This document shows positions 32,702-44,700 of a DNA stretch of 64,000 nucleotides, in pieces. The notes beneath the pieces are model-generated. The model did no database searches and was not told where the DNA came from. It saw only the letters and a program-made list of their open reading frames with translations. Made by a program: the position numbers and the translations under genes. How positions within the stretch are numbered: the first letter of the stretch is position 1; each line of letters starts with the position of its first letter. This DNA is from Cyanidioschyzon merolae (Eukaryota), in assembly GCA_000091205.1 (NCBI GenBank), contig AP006498.2. One strand, 5' to 3'.

Positions 32702-33391
32702 CTAGTCGCGTAAGAGCACGAAAACATTCGCTAGATTGCCTCGAGAGATGCGCATATCCTCATCCAAATAGGTGATGTCGAGCCATCCCCGCGCCCTCGC
32801 CGGCGCTGGAACCCGAAGCAGGCCAAACTGGAACTGTTTGAACTGAACACGAACCCGACGGGGCGGCTCCGGCGTGAATACTGCCTGGACCCGGTTCGTG
32901 AGAAGACCGAACAGCACGCGCTCTTCGTTCACAACTTGGCCGCGTTCCACGTATATGGTTTGATAGATGCTGTTTCGTAGAGGGCGTGCGATATTCGGTC
33001 GATCCAGCCCCAACACGTTCTTCGAGTTGGTGTAGATGAGGCGCCAGCGACCGTCCAGAAGCGGTGACTCCACAGGCGTTCGCGTCGGGTTCATCGCCTC
33101 TAACGGTTTGATGTACTTTTCATCCAGCTCTTTCGCGAACGCATCCGAATACCCTATACGTCCCATATCAAGATCCTTCACGCGTTCAATTAGATCCGCT
33201 TTCGCCTGCTCCAGGGTGGGTGTGTTCAGGAAAACTCCCATGATGAGCGAGCAGCCCGGCTGCGTCCACAGCCGTAAACGAGCTCCACGCGCCCGAACAC
33301 TGAGAGCCTCTCGCTGACGCGTGAGCGCGCATAGTGAAGTCTTCGGAAGGTGTGCGTTTCCAGCGAAAGCATGGCTAGCAAACGCAAACAT
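32702..33391 (-). CDS. Plastid-lipid-associated protein (fibrillin, PAP_fibrillin family) with a transit-peptide-like N-terminus
   Basis: ATG at 33391. 'LEAMNPTRTPVESPLLDGRWRLIYTN' matches the fibrillin motif 'LEalNPtp.P..s..L.GkW.LlYTs'. The C-terminal 'GWLDITYLDEDMRISRGNLANVFVLLRD' matches the signature fibrillin ending ('LDTTYLDDDLRISRGD.G.VFVL'). The N-terminal 40 aa are rich in A/S/R and lack acidic residues. Confidence 0.8.
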   Translation of the reverse strand: MFAFASHAFAGNAHLPKTSLCALTRQREALSVRARGARLRLWTQPGCSLIMGVFLNTPTLEQAKADLIERVKDLDMGRIGYSDAFAKELDEKYIKPLEAMNPTRTPVESPLLDGRWRLIYTNSKNVLGLDRPNIARPLRNSIYQTIYVERGQVVNEERVLFGLLTNRVQAVFTPEPPRRVRVQFKQFQFGLLRVPAPARARGWLDITYLDEDMRISRGNLANVFVLLRD

Positions 33392-33638
33392 TCTGCAGCT
33401 GTTTGTATATCACGAAAAGTGAACGAACCGCAGGTTGATGGGGTGCAACGAGCCTTCGTGAACCCGCGCTCGAGATGCTGCAGTTGACGCAGGCCGCTGG
33501 TGCATCGGGCCTCAGGCGTGGACACAGAGAATGGTGTACAGTTTGGGATTTTAATGGACACAAGTATACCACCCGGATAGCGATTCTCATCTGCGACATT
33601 CATTAACATATGGGTTTCCATGCTACTGCACGCTCTGA

Positions 33639-34229
33639 ATGCGCCCTTTTTACCGTCGTTTCCTACGCACTTGTTCGCTAAGGGTCCTTTTTTGCGTGGT
33701 TCGTGGCGTTCACTCGGACGGACACTCGTCCGCCGCTCGACGCCCTACTCCTTTCCGTATGAGAAACACGCCTGCAGAGCTAGCAGAGGCCGTCAGCACA
33801 GCCTGTGCAGCGCTAGAGAGGGAGTTTCTAGCACTCTCGGCGCTTCTCAGTCGTAATAGCGACCCGTTCGCAGAAGAGGTTCCGTATGAGCTCTTACACG
33901 AACAATACAACACGTGCAAAGAAATTTTGCGAAGGCTTCGAAGCATGTTGTTCGAGCAGATCTCCGAATCAGGAACACTTTACCAGCACATGCAGTACTT
34001 GTGGCTCGCGGAACAGCAACCAGAGGCAACCGGCAGCGCAGCGCTCGTCGCGCAGCGCTCGCGTCTGGAGCAGGTGCTTCGTGGGTTTCGATACGTAACT
34101 GGGGGCGCCAAACCACTAGCCTCTCATAATGTTCAGGAAGGATGGGATGCTTCTGGTACAGTCGAAGTGCACAGTAGTCGTCTCAGTGCCGCAGTGGCCG
34201 GTTCGCGTGCTGCAAACGCCCAGGGTTAG
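33639..34229 (+). CDS. Hypothetical protein, 196-aa ORF; the real start may be downstream at MRNTPAEL...
   Basis: An ATG ORF divergent from the fibrillin gene (250-bp shared upstream region). No recognisable domain. Weak support. Confidence 0.3.
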   Translation: MRPFYRRFLRTCSLRVLFCVVRGVHSDGHSSAARRPTPFRMRNTPAELAEAVSTACAALEREFLALSALLSRNSDPFAEEVPYELLHEQYNTCKEILRRLRSMLFEQISESGTLYQHMQYLWLAEQQPEATGSAALVAQRSRLEQVLRGFRYVTGGAKPLASHNVQEGWDASGTVEVHSSRLSAAVAGSRAANAQG

Positions 34230-35122
34230 CGTCTCGCCAAACGCCCTCCCGCGTGTACCGAACAAGGCTCCTGTTCATGTCTGGCTGCCTTTCCGGATAA
34301 TGCTGTCGTGCAGTGTGTTTTCATAGCGAACGCACAACGAGATAGGAACATGCCAGAGAATCGTCTAGTCGTAGTCGTACCTGATGGCCTGCCCCAGTGG
34401 ACCCACCAGAGAGGATACGGTGCGCACAGACAACAGACGATTCAGGGCTACCACGTAAACAGTAGGTGCAGGTTGCCCTTGTGCTGCACATTCCGTCACC
34501 CGTGTGCGTGGAGTCTATTTATCCCTGATTCTCGAAGCGTCCCGGACGCGTCAGCGTATTCTATTCCCCATACGCGGGACCTCACACAAGGCTTTATCAC
34601 GCGTCCGCAGAAAAAAGCTTTCACTAACTGCGACTGCAGAATGCATTGACGCTTTCATGATCGTAACAATAGCGCCGGAAGAAGTACACTCCAGAAACAG
34701 CACAGATACGAAAGCGAATCCCGTTTCAGGCCACAGTTGTCGCTGACGAGTGGCAATGTCAACACCTGGCTGCTCTCTGCCCGTTGCGCCGCGCCTATGC
34801 CGTTCTGCACGAAACTGAAACCGAGTCAAAGCAAGCCAGGCCCTGTGCACGGTGTACAGCGCTGCGACATGAAGGCACTTGCCCACAAAGCGCCTTGGGT
34901 CGGAGCCAGCGTTCTCGAGCTGCGCGCGCTCCTCGGTGCATTCAAGCTCTAGAAAAGCCCCTGCTTGGATCATATGGCAAGCCCGCACATGTCGTTGTCA
35001 TCAAGGTCATGCCTGTGTCAGTTTTGAGCTGTATGGAGAGCGCGCTTGCGAAACCGCTCAATTCATAGGGGATCGTTCTATTCCAGACGCGAACACGCCA
35101 TCTAGGTACCCGTCCCAGGATC

Positions 35123-37024
35123 CTACGCATTTCTGTAAACCAAGACATACGCGGCACGCGATAGAACGGTGCTTGCGGACACCATTTGCACATCCTGGTC
35201 ATCACACTGCCACCAGATCGCGTCGGCATCAACCGAACGAGTCAATCCCCGAGGGGCGTTTCGTGACTTGGACAACGACCATGTCGAGTTTGTACCGCTC
35301 GCCAGCACGTCTGCAATGTAGTGCCCGTTCGCCAAGTCCGTGCCCAGGTGTGTGATGACCGCCACCAAACGATACCGACGGGAACACGCCTCGCCGAGTT
35401 GCGCTTTTGGTACGGCCGCACTGAACCAGGATGCATTCAGAACGAACTGTGGCGGGAATGATAGCTCCTTGTGCAGCTTCTTTCCCTGACCTGTTCCGTC
35501 TGACGCCACGGAAAACCGTTTCAAGTGAATGATAAGCGCTTGCGGCAGGGGCGTATCCAGCGTGACGTGCTTCCGCAGCGGGTCAAGGTTGGCGGCTACG
35601 CGCGTTCTGGTCCGTGCACTGCTGTCGCGCTCATCGGGTGCTTCAAGGAACTCCGGTTCCATAAAGTAGCGGAAGGCGTCGTCCAATGTCCGAATCCGTT
35701 GGTCTTCGATATCCAAAGATAGCATGAGGAAAGGTTCACGAACCGCAGAGCGCTTAGCACCTGCTTTGCGCACCTCGCTCCGAAGCGCACCACCGAAAAT
35801 GGAAGTGATAAACGTCTTTCGCACTTGGTGCGTTCGAACAATAGCGCTACGTCCTCGTCGATCCACGGTTTCCCACTCGGTATCGCTGGTGGCATCCGAG
35901 TCGGTGAGCGAAGGCGAAGCGGCGCGCTCCAGCGAGGCCAGCTTGCTCTTTTCGCCGAGCAGGGATCGCAGTTCCAGCAACTCACTGTGCAATCCGTCCA
36001 ACATGATCATCAGTAGCTCCTGAGCGTCTTCCTGGTGACCCGAACCCACGGTAGAAGCTAATCGCTCGTTCTCCCAGAAATACGTTGGCCGTAGCATAGG
36101 TGCTGCGGCTCCGAAACGTCCTCGCTGGAGGCGCGTCTGCTGACATAACGCTTGCCACTCGTCGATGAGCCGAAGCCATCCAGCAACCAAATGGCAGTTG
36201 CACTTCTCCAAGAGATCCCGCTGAGTCGGGAGAAGCGCTCCAAGCGCAGTCCATGTTAAGCGGAATTCATCGATGGCCAGAAGCGCTTGCAGCACCGCAT
36301 TCAGGTAACACGAATTCCCGGTGTTCACAAAACCGGGTCGTCTCCAGTGAGGATCTATGGCAATCGATGATGCGGCTACACTCGGTGACGGCGTTCTGTC
36401 GTTGGACACAGGGCACCCGTATTCCAGCAGCTGCAAGAGTCGTTCGCTCATCTGAGCTGGAAGCCCCGTGAACAGCCTTCCTCGACGATCCGACCCGGTG
36501 GCCTGATCGGCCTCGTCTATTCGCTTTAGCAACTTGCTCTCAGTCGTCACACTTGACTGGTTACTTTCATGGGAAGCGCCAGGTGCATCGGCACGAGCTT
36601 CGCCGCTCACGACGGAAGCCCAACGTAGTCGCGGTGTGCCTGCTGACACCGGCTCCGGTGCCGCTCGTGGGGTGCTTTTCGGGCTCTCACTTGAACGCAG
36701 CGGTACCACGGGGCTATTGGAGTTCGAGCTGTGGACCACTTCCGCAGGTGCATCCTTCTTCAAAGGCGACAACGAAGGTGTTTCCGTTTGCGGCAAAGCG
36801 ACAGCTACTTGGCTCGGCGAAACGGCAAGCGTCGGCGTAGAAGAAGCGCTCCCCGAGCGCACCTTTACGGTGCCCGGGGCTTGATTCAGCTCTGGCTCCT
36901 GCTCACTCGTTGACTGTGATAAAACGGCTTCCGAACGTATGATGAGACTCGACCATTCACGCGCAGTTAGCTGGCCTAGGTACACGTGTGAAAACTGTGT
37001 CCAGTTTACACCTTTTCGCTCCAT
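35123..37024 (-). CDS. Ubiquitin carboxyl-terminal hydrolase (USP/UBP family deubiquitinase). The ORF track starts at a TTG at 37072; the first ATG is at 37024.
   Basis: Cys box 'GFVNTGNSCYLNAVLQALLAIDEF' and His box region 'AVITHLGTDLANGHYIADV...WWQCDDQDV' are diagnostic of peptidase C19. S/T/P-rich N-terminal region. Confidence 0.9.
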   Translation of the reverse strand: MERKGVNWTQFSHVYLGQLTAREWSSLIIRSEAVLSQSTSEQEPELNQAPGTVKVRSGSASSTPTLAVSPSQVAVALPQTETPSLSPLKKDAPAEVVHSSNSNSPVVPLRSSESPKSTPRAAPEPVSAGTPRLRWASVVSGEARADAPGASHESNQSSVTTESKLLKRIDEADQATGSDRRGRLFTGLPAQMSERLLQLLEYGCPVSNDRTPSPSVAASSIAIDPHWRRPGFVNTGNSCYLNAVLQALLAIDEFRLTWTALGALLPTQRDLLEKCNCHLVAGWLRLIDEWQALCQQTRLQRGRFGAAAPMLRPTYFWENERLASTVGSGHQEDAQELLMIMLDGLHSELLELRSLLGEKSKLASLERAASPSLTDSDATSDTEWETVDRRGRSAIVRTHQVRKTFITSIFGGALRSEVRKAGAKRSAVREPFLMLSLDIEDQRIRTLDDAFRYFMEPEFLEAPDERDSSARTRTRVAANLDPLRKHVTLDTPLPQALIIHLKRFSVASDGTGQGKKLHKELSFPPQFVLNASWFSAAVPKAQLGEACSRRYRLVAVITHLGTDLANGHYIADVLASGTNSTWSLSKSRNAPRGLTRSVDADAIWWQCDDQDVQMVSASTVLSRAAYVLVYRNA

Positions 37025-37298
37025 TCCGTCACCATGTAGGAAGGTCTCACACCTTGCCCGCACCCACGACAAAGTGGATCACAAGCTTTATATGCAATCG
37101 TTAGCGCTAAACTGTTACCGCTCCCAGGGCTGAGGTCCAGAGACCACACTCGAGTTCACGTTCTTTCGTCGACGTGTCCGAAGCGTCAGCGCTGAACAGT
37201 CTGAGCCCTAGCGGGCCGCGGCTCGTTTCGCACCGACTCCCGCAGCGCGTCCGTCTCGTTTCTCCGCCTAACGTCAAGAGGGTGCTTCGGAGCCGGCA

Positions 37299-37640
37299 AT
37301 GGCGACACCGCTTTTAGCTGGTATTGCGGTTGCTGGCGCAGCTCTAGCTGGAAGAGCGGCTATACGGGCGTGGCAAGTACTGAAGACGGCGCCGGCTCGG
37401 CCAAAGTTTCCGCGTTCCTTTTTGCAGGGCGGCTTCGAGCCCACTATGAGTCGCACGGAGGCGCTTCACATTCTGGGGCTCAGGGAGGGTGTTCCCCGAG
37501 AAAAAGTACGCGAGGCGCACCGTCGACTGATGCGAATAAATCATCCCGACACGGGCGGAAGCGCATACCTCGCAGCAAAAGTCAACGAGGCGAAAGAGGT
37601 GCTGCTAGGGACGGGGCGCCGACCCACAGCCGGTGTGTAG
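37299..37640 (+). CDS. PAM18: Mitochondrial import inner-membrane translocase subunit TIM14/Pam18 (DNAJC19-type J protein)
   Basis: ATG at 37299. N-terminal hydrophobic segment 'PLLAGIAVAGAALAGRAAIRAW', then J domain 'MSRTEALHILGLREGVPREKVREAHRRLMRINHPDTGGSAYLAAKVNEAKEVLLG' with the HPD motif. 113 aa, against 116 aa for human DNAJC19. Confidence 0.85.
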   Translation: MATPLLAGIAVAGAALAGRAAIRAWQVLKTAPARPKFPRSFLQGGFEPTMSRTEALHILGLREGVPREKVREAHRRLMRINHPDTGGSAYLAAKVNEAKEVLLGTGRRPTAGV

Positions 37641-38547
37641 AGTTTGGCGGTTCTGTTCGCTGCAACAGTACAAGATACGAACTTGTAGTCTGCTCGAGTT
37701 GGCAAGCATTGAACAAGTTTTGCTCGTTGGCGCTGTGCCGGGTCGATAGCGCTCGTCTGGGACACCGAGCACTCTGGCGTGCTTCTGGAGGTCGCGAGCG
37801 ACCTCCAGGCACCTCTGGGGCGTGGAGCCAGCCACCTCGGTTGCTGCGCGGTAACTGCTGTTCGAAGTCTTTAAAGTACGCTCCGAGAGAGTTTTGCCTT
37901 TTTTTTCTGGATGCGGAACGATGATCTCGTGTTATGCAGTGCTTGCGCAGTGACAGTAGCCATGCATCATCCCGGGCCGAGATGTGCACTGCCGCGAACG
38001 ACACTGAGCAGAGGTCCAGCCAATGAATTGCAATGCTGGAGATGGACTAGAATTTCATGAGAAAGGAACCTGCAGTTTACCCAACGGTACTGGATGTAAA
38101 TTTCTGACATGGGGTTTATGTGCGATGAATGAATGATACCAGGGTCCGGCGTTGACATTCCCGGAGAGGTGCGGATCTCAGGCCCCTGAATCAGCCACGA
38201 GTGCTAGCTTTGTCTGCATCCGCAGCGCTCTCGCTGCGCTGTAATGTACCGTTCCTCGATGGATGTCAAAACGTGTAGCCGAATGGGCGTTGGTAGAGGC
38301 GTCTAGGGCGCGATGCGGCGCGCTTCAAGCGTTCGAGCAAGGCACGGCACCCTGGGTCGATGCTCCGTTAAAACAGGCTTGAGTGATGGCGTTCAAAGTC
38401 CAAGCCATTTCCGTGACGGCAGATGCCTTGCCTGTGAAAACTTGAGGAAACAGCGTCGGCGACGATGCGACTTACATGAGCAGGCCGCTGCCGTCTGAAC
38501 CGCGCCGTCTCCTTCTCCGGTAAGCTTGCGCACGTTTTCGCCTGCTT

Positions 38548-38946
38548 TCAGAGCAGAAGCTGTTCGATCTTTGTTCGAAGCGCGGTGATCTGGTTCCGCA
38601 GTTGACTCATATCCGCCCGTAGAACCGCACAGGCGATCACTGGACGGGAAACGCCGCATGCACGTCCCAGCGCGGCTTTCGAGGGAACGAATACATACGG
38701 TACCGCTTTATCCTCTGCAACGAGCGGCGCTGAGAGCAGTATCTCCAAAGGTTGCGTATCAGCCGCGAGAACAACAAACTCTGCCAGACCGCGATTCATC
38801 GACTTGAGCACCTCGTTCAGACCCTTTTTGATCTGCTTATAATGGCTCGCTTGCTGGACAAGATCGAGTATTTCAACGACTAAGTCAGCAGGAGCGAACG
38901 GGTACGCTCTCGGATCCGCCTGATTCGGCGCGGTGACGACGTCCAT
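38548..38946 (-). CDS. SNU13: Snu13/NHP2L1 (15.5K; L7Ae-family U4 snRNP and box C/D snoRNP protein). The ORF track starts at 39006; the likely ATG is at 38946.
   Basis: '[98 protein letters not shown]' closely matches human SNU13 '[98 protein letters not shown]'. Confidence 0.9.
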   Translation of the reverse strand: MDVVTAPNQADPRAYPFAPADLVVEILDLVQQASHYKQIKKGLNEVLKSMNRGLAEFVVLAADTQPLEILLSAPLVAEDKAVPYVFVPSKAALGRACGVSRPVIACAVLRADMSQLRNQITALRTKIEQLLL

Positions 38947-40432
38947 GGGCCTGCTTGGCGCTTCAGTGGAGCTCAAAGGTTCCATGTGTTGCCACACAAA
39001 CTTCACTAGCAGTGGAAGCCAGTGCGATGTTCAAAACTAAAGATTGTTCGAAAACCAGCGCAATCGCACCGTTGCTTGTCCAACAAGCGTCCTCGTTCAC
39101 GAGTACTTGTGCCGAAAGAAACTTGGCTGCGGCCTTATCGGATACGGGACTCGCACCCGTCGCAAACACTCTAAGAGGGAGCAAGCCCTCGGTCGCGTAT
39201 GATCCCAGTTGGCTCTCACACCCGTGACCCTTTCTTGGTTCGAAGAGCGCCTCTCAGTCCCAAGAAAAACTCGATCGCCCGCGAAGCAGAACAAAAGCGC
39301 CTTGAAGCACTCTCCGAAGAACAAGGAGAGCGTCTCCTGAAACGTTTGCCGCAGGATTGATGCGCCGACGGGTGTAGGGTCGGCTAGAGGCCCCGGTTTG
39401 CACACGATCCCCAATGAGATAGGGACAGTTTGGTAAATCAGTGACTTTTGTTGTAGATTATATGACAAGAGCTTCGCACTGCGTACGCTGCGCACTGGAG
39501 CAGCAAGCGAACGCTGTCCATGGACCTCCAAGGTACACGTTTGGACGCAACGCGTTCGCCGGGTGTCGGCTTACCTGCTGGTTGGTGTGGTGCAGCAATG
39601 CCTAAGGAATTTGACAAGTACCGAGATATCGTTTCAAAAAAGATGGATCGGGTGAATTTCCGTGCCCATGCACTGCGCTGAGCTTCATGCCGTAGGACGG
39701 CTCCTGATCTGACGGTAAACGCATTCACGTGGCATGCGCTGAACGCCCATCGCGGTATTTATCTACTTTGACAAGGGTTTGCACAGGAATACACGAACCA
39801 ATAGCTGTGCAGGTGCAGATAATCATTTAGATATTAAACTTGATCCACTGTTTCACCCTTACTATTCATGGGTAGAGGTATCGGCAACTGCGAAAGCAAA
39901 AATAATCTTTTGCAAACAAGGTTTTGTCCTCTATATCATTCACACAGTCAGGGATAGCTGCTTTGCAGGCTGCAAGAGCAGCCTCAGGCTGACGGTCCTC
40001 CCTAGACTCTGCAGATATATACTCGCCAGGGTTGCTTAAGGCAGTTGTGGCAACCGCGCTTCCCCGTGAAGGCAGCACGTCCGTCCGATACAGGCGATAC
40101 ACCCAAGTCAGTGTAGGATACAACCGGTCCTCTGATGTGGGCGTACATTCTAAAGTTTCGCTCTCTGTAAACCATCATCCACAATAGCATTTGCAGGGTT
40201 TTTTCTAACTCGTTTCCCACGTAGAATCCACTGGTCTCGCCTGCTCCTCCAGCTTCGTTACCATCACTCGACGGATGTTGATGGCACCAAGATCGTGCCT
40301 GCTACGCTGGCTCAGGTTTCGTCAACGCTTTCCATGCAAAAGGCGCAGGGTATCATCTAAGCTCCGCTTACCATTCGGATCTCCTTCGCGCGCAACCTCG
40401 GTACACTCTTTACGGCGGTGGCACATCACTTC

Positions 40433-40902
40433 GGTCATGTTTTCAAGCACGTGCATCAACTCGCCGCCGCGGAAGGCTGCTCTATGGCGCGTTGACGCCT
40501 GCTTCATCGCTTGGTTCATGCTCTGGACGAGTGCAGAAGGCATCGCTTGATGCGCGCCCCCGTCTTGGTGCTCGGTGCAGTACCATACGAGCATCCGCCT
40601 CTTCTGGGCGATGCGCTCGGCGAGTACATTGTCCGTTGCACGCCCAAACGCAGGCGGCTCTATTGGATCGAGGATCTGTGAAACGTCAGCTTTTCCTTGA
40701 TGAACCTATTACCTTGCAGAGAATCGAGGCTCAAACACACGCCGAGAAATTTCGTTGCGTCTACACTCTCATCGGGCAAAACGGTGATACACGCCCCGCA
40801 GGAAGCGATCGCTGCGATGGCTCAAGTCCGAGTCCAAGAACCTGCTCGATCCCCAGAGAAGAGACGTGAGCCTCTGGGAGCAAATCCCATGTGAGAAATC
40901 AT
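40433..40902 (+). repeat. Dispersed repeat family A, copy 1 (at least 470 bp verified; probably extends upstream). Contains ORF fragments 40322..40594(-) and 40492..40869(+).
   Basis: It is ~99.5% identical to the reverse complement of 63531..64000. I saw about two substitutions over 470 bp, one of them S vs Y in the 125-aa ORF. The identity boundary is at gagaaatcat|gc (40902). Confidence 0.85.
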
Positions 40903-41789
40903 GCTGCTGCCGAATGCCATTCCATTTATATCCATACAGATATCATGACAGATAATCCAACGACTAGGTGTGAATCCGTAAGCCGTTGTTGCCGCTGCAC
41001 TTCGAATGTCAAGGCTCTAGACCTGAAATAAGGTTTGGAAAATCTCCATGCAGGAACAGAGCCAGCATCCCAGTGTTCCCTGTTTCGAGCACATTCTATC
41101 GTCGCCTTTGGAGTATTCCGCTCGACAAGTGCTGGTGCCTTGTGAGCGGGCGCTGCTCGCCGCATTGGACACAGACACGCCTAGCGTTGCTTGCTGACGT
41201 CACTGCTTCTGCTGCTGCAACTTGCGAACCGGGCAGCTGGAAGTACGCAAACTCGCCAACGACGAGAGGCGCTCTAGTGTTGGAAGCTCCGTGCACTGCA
41301 GAGCGCGATTGTCGCTTGCTACCCAGAACGCTTTTTCGGTAGCTGCGACGGCAGTAGCAGCAGCTGCTACTTCTGCCAAAAACCGCCGCCGGTTCGCAGC
41401 CACGCCATCGTTGCTGTGAACGGGTGTCGCTTTCGAGGTTGCTCGTGAAACTTGGGTACCGTTGGAAGGCGCGGGGTCTTTGGCATTGGACCTCACTGGA
41501 AGTGAAACGCGTTCTGGGTGTCGATTACCTAAAAACAAGAGGCCCGGAACCAGAGGCGTCCCTGCGTATCGGCTGTACGCGACGGACGTCCGATACCAGG
41601 TTTCAGCGCTTATACGTAGCGGACGGAGGGGACGCGTCTCAAAAGTCTTCAACTCGAAAGGAGCATAGTTTCGTTTCAAACAGAATTGGAAGAACAGCGC
41701 GCACATATTCTATCAGGTGTTAGGTTCTGTAGGTAGGTCTTGTCTGGCTGTTCCAGCAACAGACGATCGCTGGCATTCCGCTCGCGGAT

Positions 41790-44700
41790 ATGTACGCGGC
41801 GCTGCATCGAGTCACAGCAACGATTGAAGCTGTTGATCTTAGCCCGCTACACTTCGAAGCTCATGTGTCTAGCCCAGCTTCTATGAGTCGTAGAATGACT
41901 GCGTTGCTTCACTGGGGACCTTCTCCAGTGCTCTTTGCCTCTCCTTTTTACCAGGCTGGGGCTCGAAATCAGCGAGCAAACGCCACGAAAATCACTCGCT
42001 GGAGTATACGCTGTCGAAAATACGCTCGCTCTGAGGGCCTCGGTTTTCTAGCAATCACGCAACCAAAGACCAGCCTGGTACGAACGGCATCACACGCGGC
42101 TTACAACGCAAATCTATGGGCAGCAAGGAGATCCGGGCGAGTTTCTCCTCGAATGACGACAGGTTCTTCACCAGTGCTGTCGACTCGTCGTGCGGAACTT
42201 GTCTGCTCGCGCTACGTAGTCTTCTCTGATCTTCATGTCGATGCGAATCGGCTGGAGACGTGCTTGCAAGTTCTTGAGCGAGTTCATGAATTGGCCACTG
42301 CCAGAGATGCGGGCATCATATTTCTTGGCGATTTCTGGCATCTACGAGGAAGCATCCCAGTCATATGCCTCAATCGGGTCCTGGAGACGGTTCAGCAATT
42401 CACTGTACCATGCCTGATGCTTCCAGGTAATCACGACCAGGTAAGCATCTGCGGACGGGAACACGCGCTGGTCCCAGTGGCGGCAGCGATGCAGCCTGGT
42501 CTCGCGCTCGTGTTTGACGAACCTGTAGTGATGTTTGATGCGCTCTGGCTGCCGTATCGCAAGCGTCCGCTGCAACTAGTGGAAGCGCTGCGAGAACACG
42601 GACCCCATGTGAAAGCTGTCTTCTGTCATGCGGAGATTCAGGGCGCGTGGCTCAATAACCAGATGCGCTATGGAGGGCCCGGTGGTATCGCACCGGAGCT
42701 CTTCCCGCCTTCGCCAGTACCAACCTATGCGGGTCACTTTCATCGGCCCCATACGGTGACGGGCTATCCGCATATCCAGTATGTAGGCTCGCCCTATCAG
42801 GTCACGCGAGCTGAGGAAGGACAAGAGAAACATCTCCTTGTCGTGCGATCAACGGACTGGCTCACAGAGGAAATCGTGCCGCTAGCCATTGGACCTCGTT
42901 TCTTTCGCGTTTCATTGAAACAGGCTCGGCAACAACTAAGCGCTAGCATCCCTGCATCGGCGGCAGAAGCAACAACATCAGCGACAACGGGCTTTCGACC
43001 CGGTGATCGTGTTACGCTGCTCTGCACCGCATCCGAGCTGCAGCAACAGCGCACCGCCGGTGCCAAAGACATGGACCACGATTTGGAGTATGTCTATAAC
43101 GAACTACGTCGCAGAGGCATTCACGCAAGTATGCGCCTATGGGATGCACCAGCAGAAAATGAGAAAGTTTCATCGAGCAGCGCGCAACGCACCTTTGTTG
43201 AACCTCAGTTGCGAATGCCGAATGCGGAGCGCCTCGACGCTGCCGATGTGCTGCGCCTGTTTGCGCGCCAGCACCCGCAGCAGTTGGACGGAACGACGCT
43301 GGCGCTCGGACTTTCGATTTTAGAACAAATTCAAAAATCGAACGCAAAAATTGCTCGCGGGGAATCTTTTTCGCGCTTGCGTGCTGTGCATGTCCTCTTC
43401 GATTCTGTGCGACTCCATAATTTCGGCTGTTTCCATACTGAACCGGATAGCAACCAAGTAGATCAGCTGTCAATGGACGTAGCAGGGAGCACAAGGCATC
43501 AGATGAGCGTCACGAGTGCTTCGGAAGAATCGCACCAGGACCTCGAATCCAACGGTGGTGTCGTGAAGCGCGGGCGAGTGGCGGCGGCTACTGCTACGGC
43601 GGATGGAGCATGGCGTACGATCCCCGCGAAACCTGGTATCTGGTATCCGCTGCGCAATCGAGGGATCGTCCAAGTATCTGGACGCAATCTCGATGAAGAC
43701 GGTTGCAATTCGAATGGTACGGGAAAAACGACTTTGGCGATGGCAGCGCTATGGGCTCTAACAGGGAGCCTGGAACCGCGGCCTCATCTGCGACGTAACG
43801 TGTCGCAGTTGCGGATTCTGCACGAGGACGCTACGGAAGGTTTTGTTGAATTGCGAGCTAGCGTGAATGGAAAACCGCTTTTGGTGCGGAGGAAAGTTCG
43901 CCGCAGTGGGAAACAGCGGGAAAGATATAACCAGGAGCTTTTCGTGGAGTACGACTCCCGGGATCTCACACGCCTCAGCATCGAGGAAACACAACAGCGA
44001 CTGAATGAGATCATTGATCTCTCACTGTTGCCACATGTAGTCTTTTTTGGCCAGAATTATCTGCATGGCTTGCTCTCCACAACCGACAAGGAGTTTAAGG
44101 AGATTCTGGAGAGCGCCTTGCCGCTGCAAGTCTGGAACGAGGCCTATGCGCATGTCACTGCACGACAGCGAGCACTGCGTGAAGAACGCCAGCAACTTGC
44201 TCAAAAAATCCAGAGCTGTTCACAGGCGTTAGAGCGCGAGCGGGAACGAATCGAAGAGCTCGCTCGAACAGAGCGAGAAACAAGACTGCAACTCGATCTT
44301 CAAGAGCAGGAACTGAAGCAGAGTCTCGAGCAGTGGCAGCAAGGCGCAGCGGAAGCATCGGCCTCGGATACTATCGACAGCGGCAGCGACAACACGTCTC
44401 TCGAGGCGCTCCGCGAACGCATTCGTCACCTGAAAGCGAGCATCGATGCCGACGTGACCACTCTGGCGGAGCTGCAACGCAAGGAGGCGAAACTTCATGC
44501 GGAGCTTGCCCAGGCGCAGAGACTCTGGGATCAGTGGGCTGCGCTCCATGCGCAGCTCCAAGGCGATGCGGGAATAACCGTGTGCCAGGGCAGCCTCGAG
44601 CAACGCCGCACGGCTCTGCACGAACAAGTGAAAGACCTCAAACGAGTGTTGCAAGAGCTTCAGCTCCAGGAGCAGAGCACAGTTGCCAGCATACGCCACT

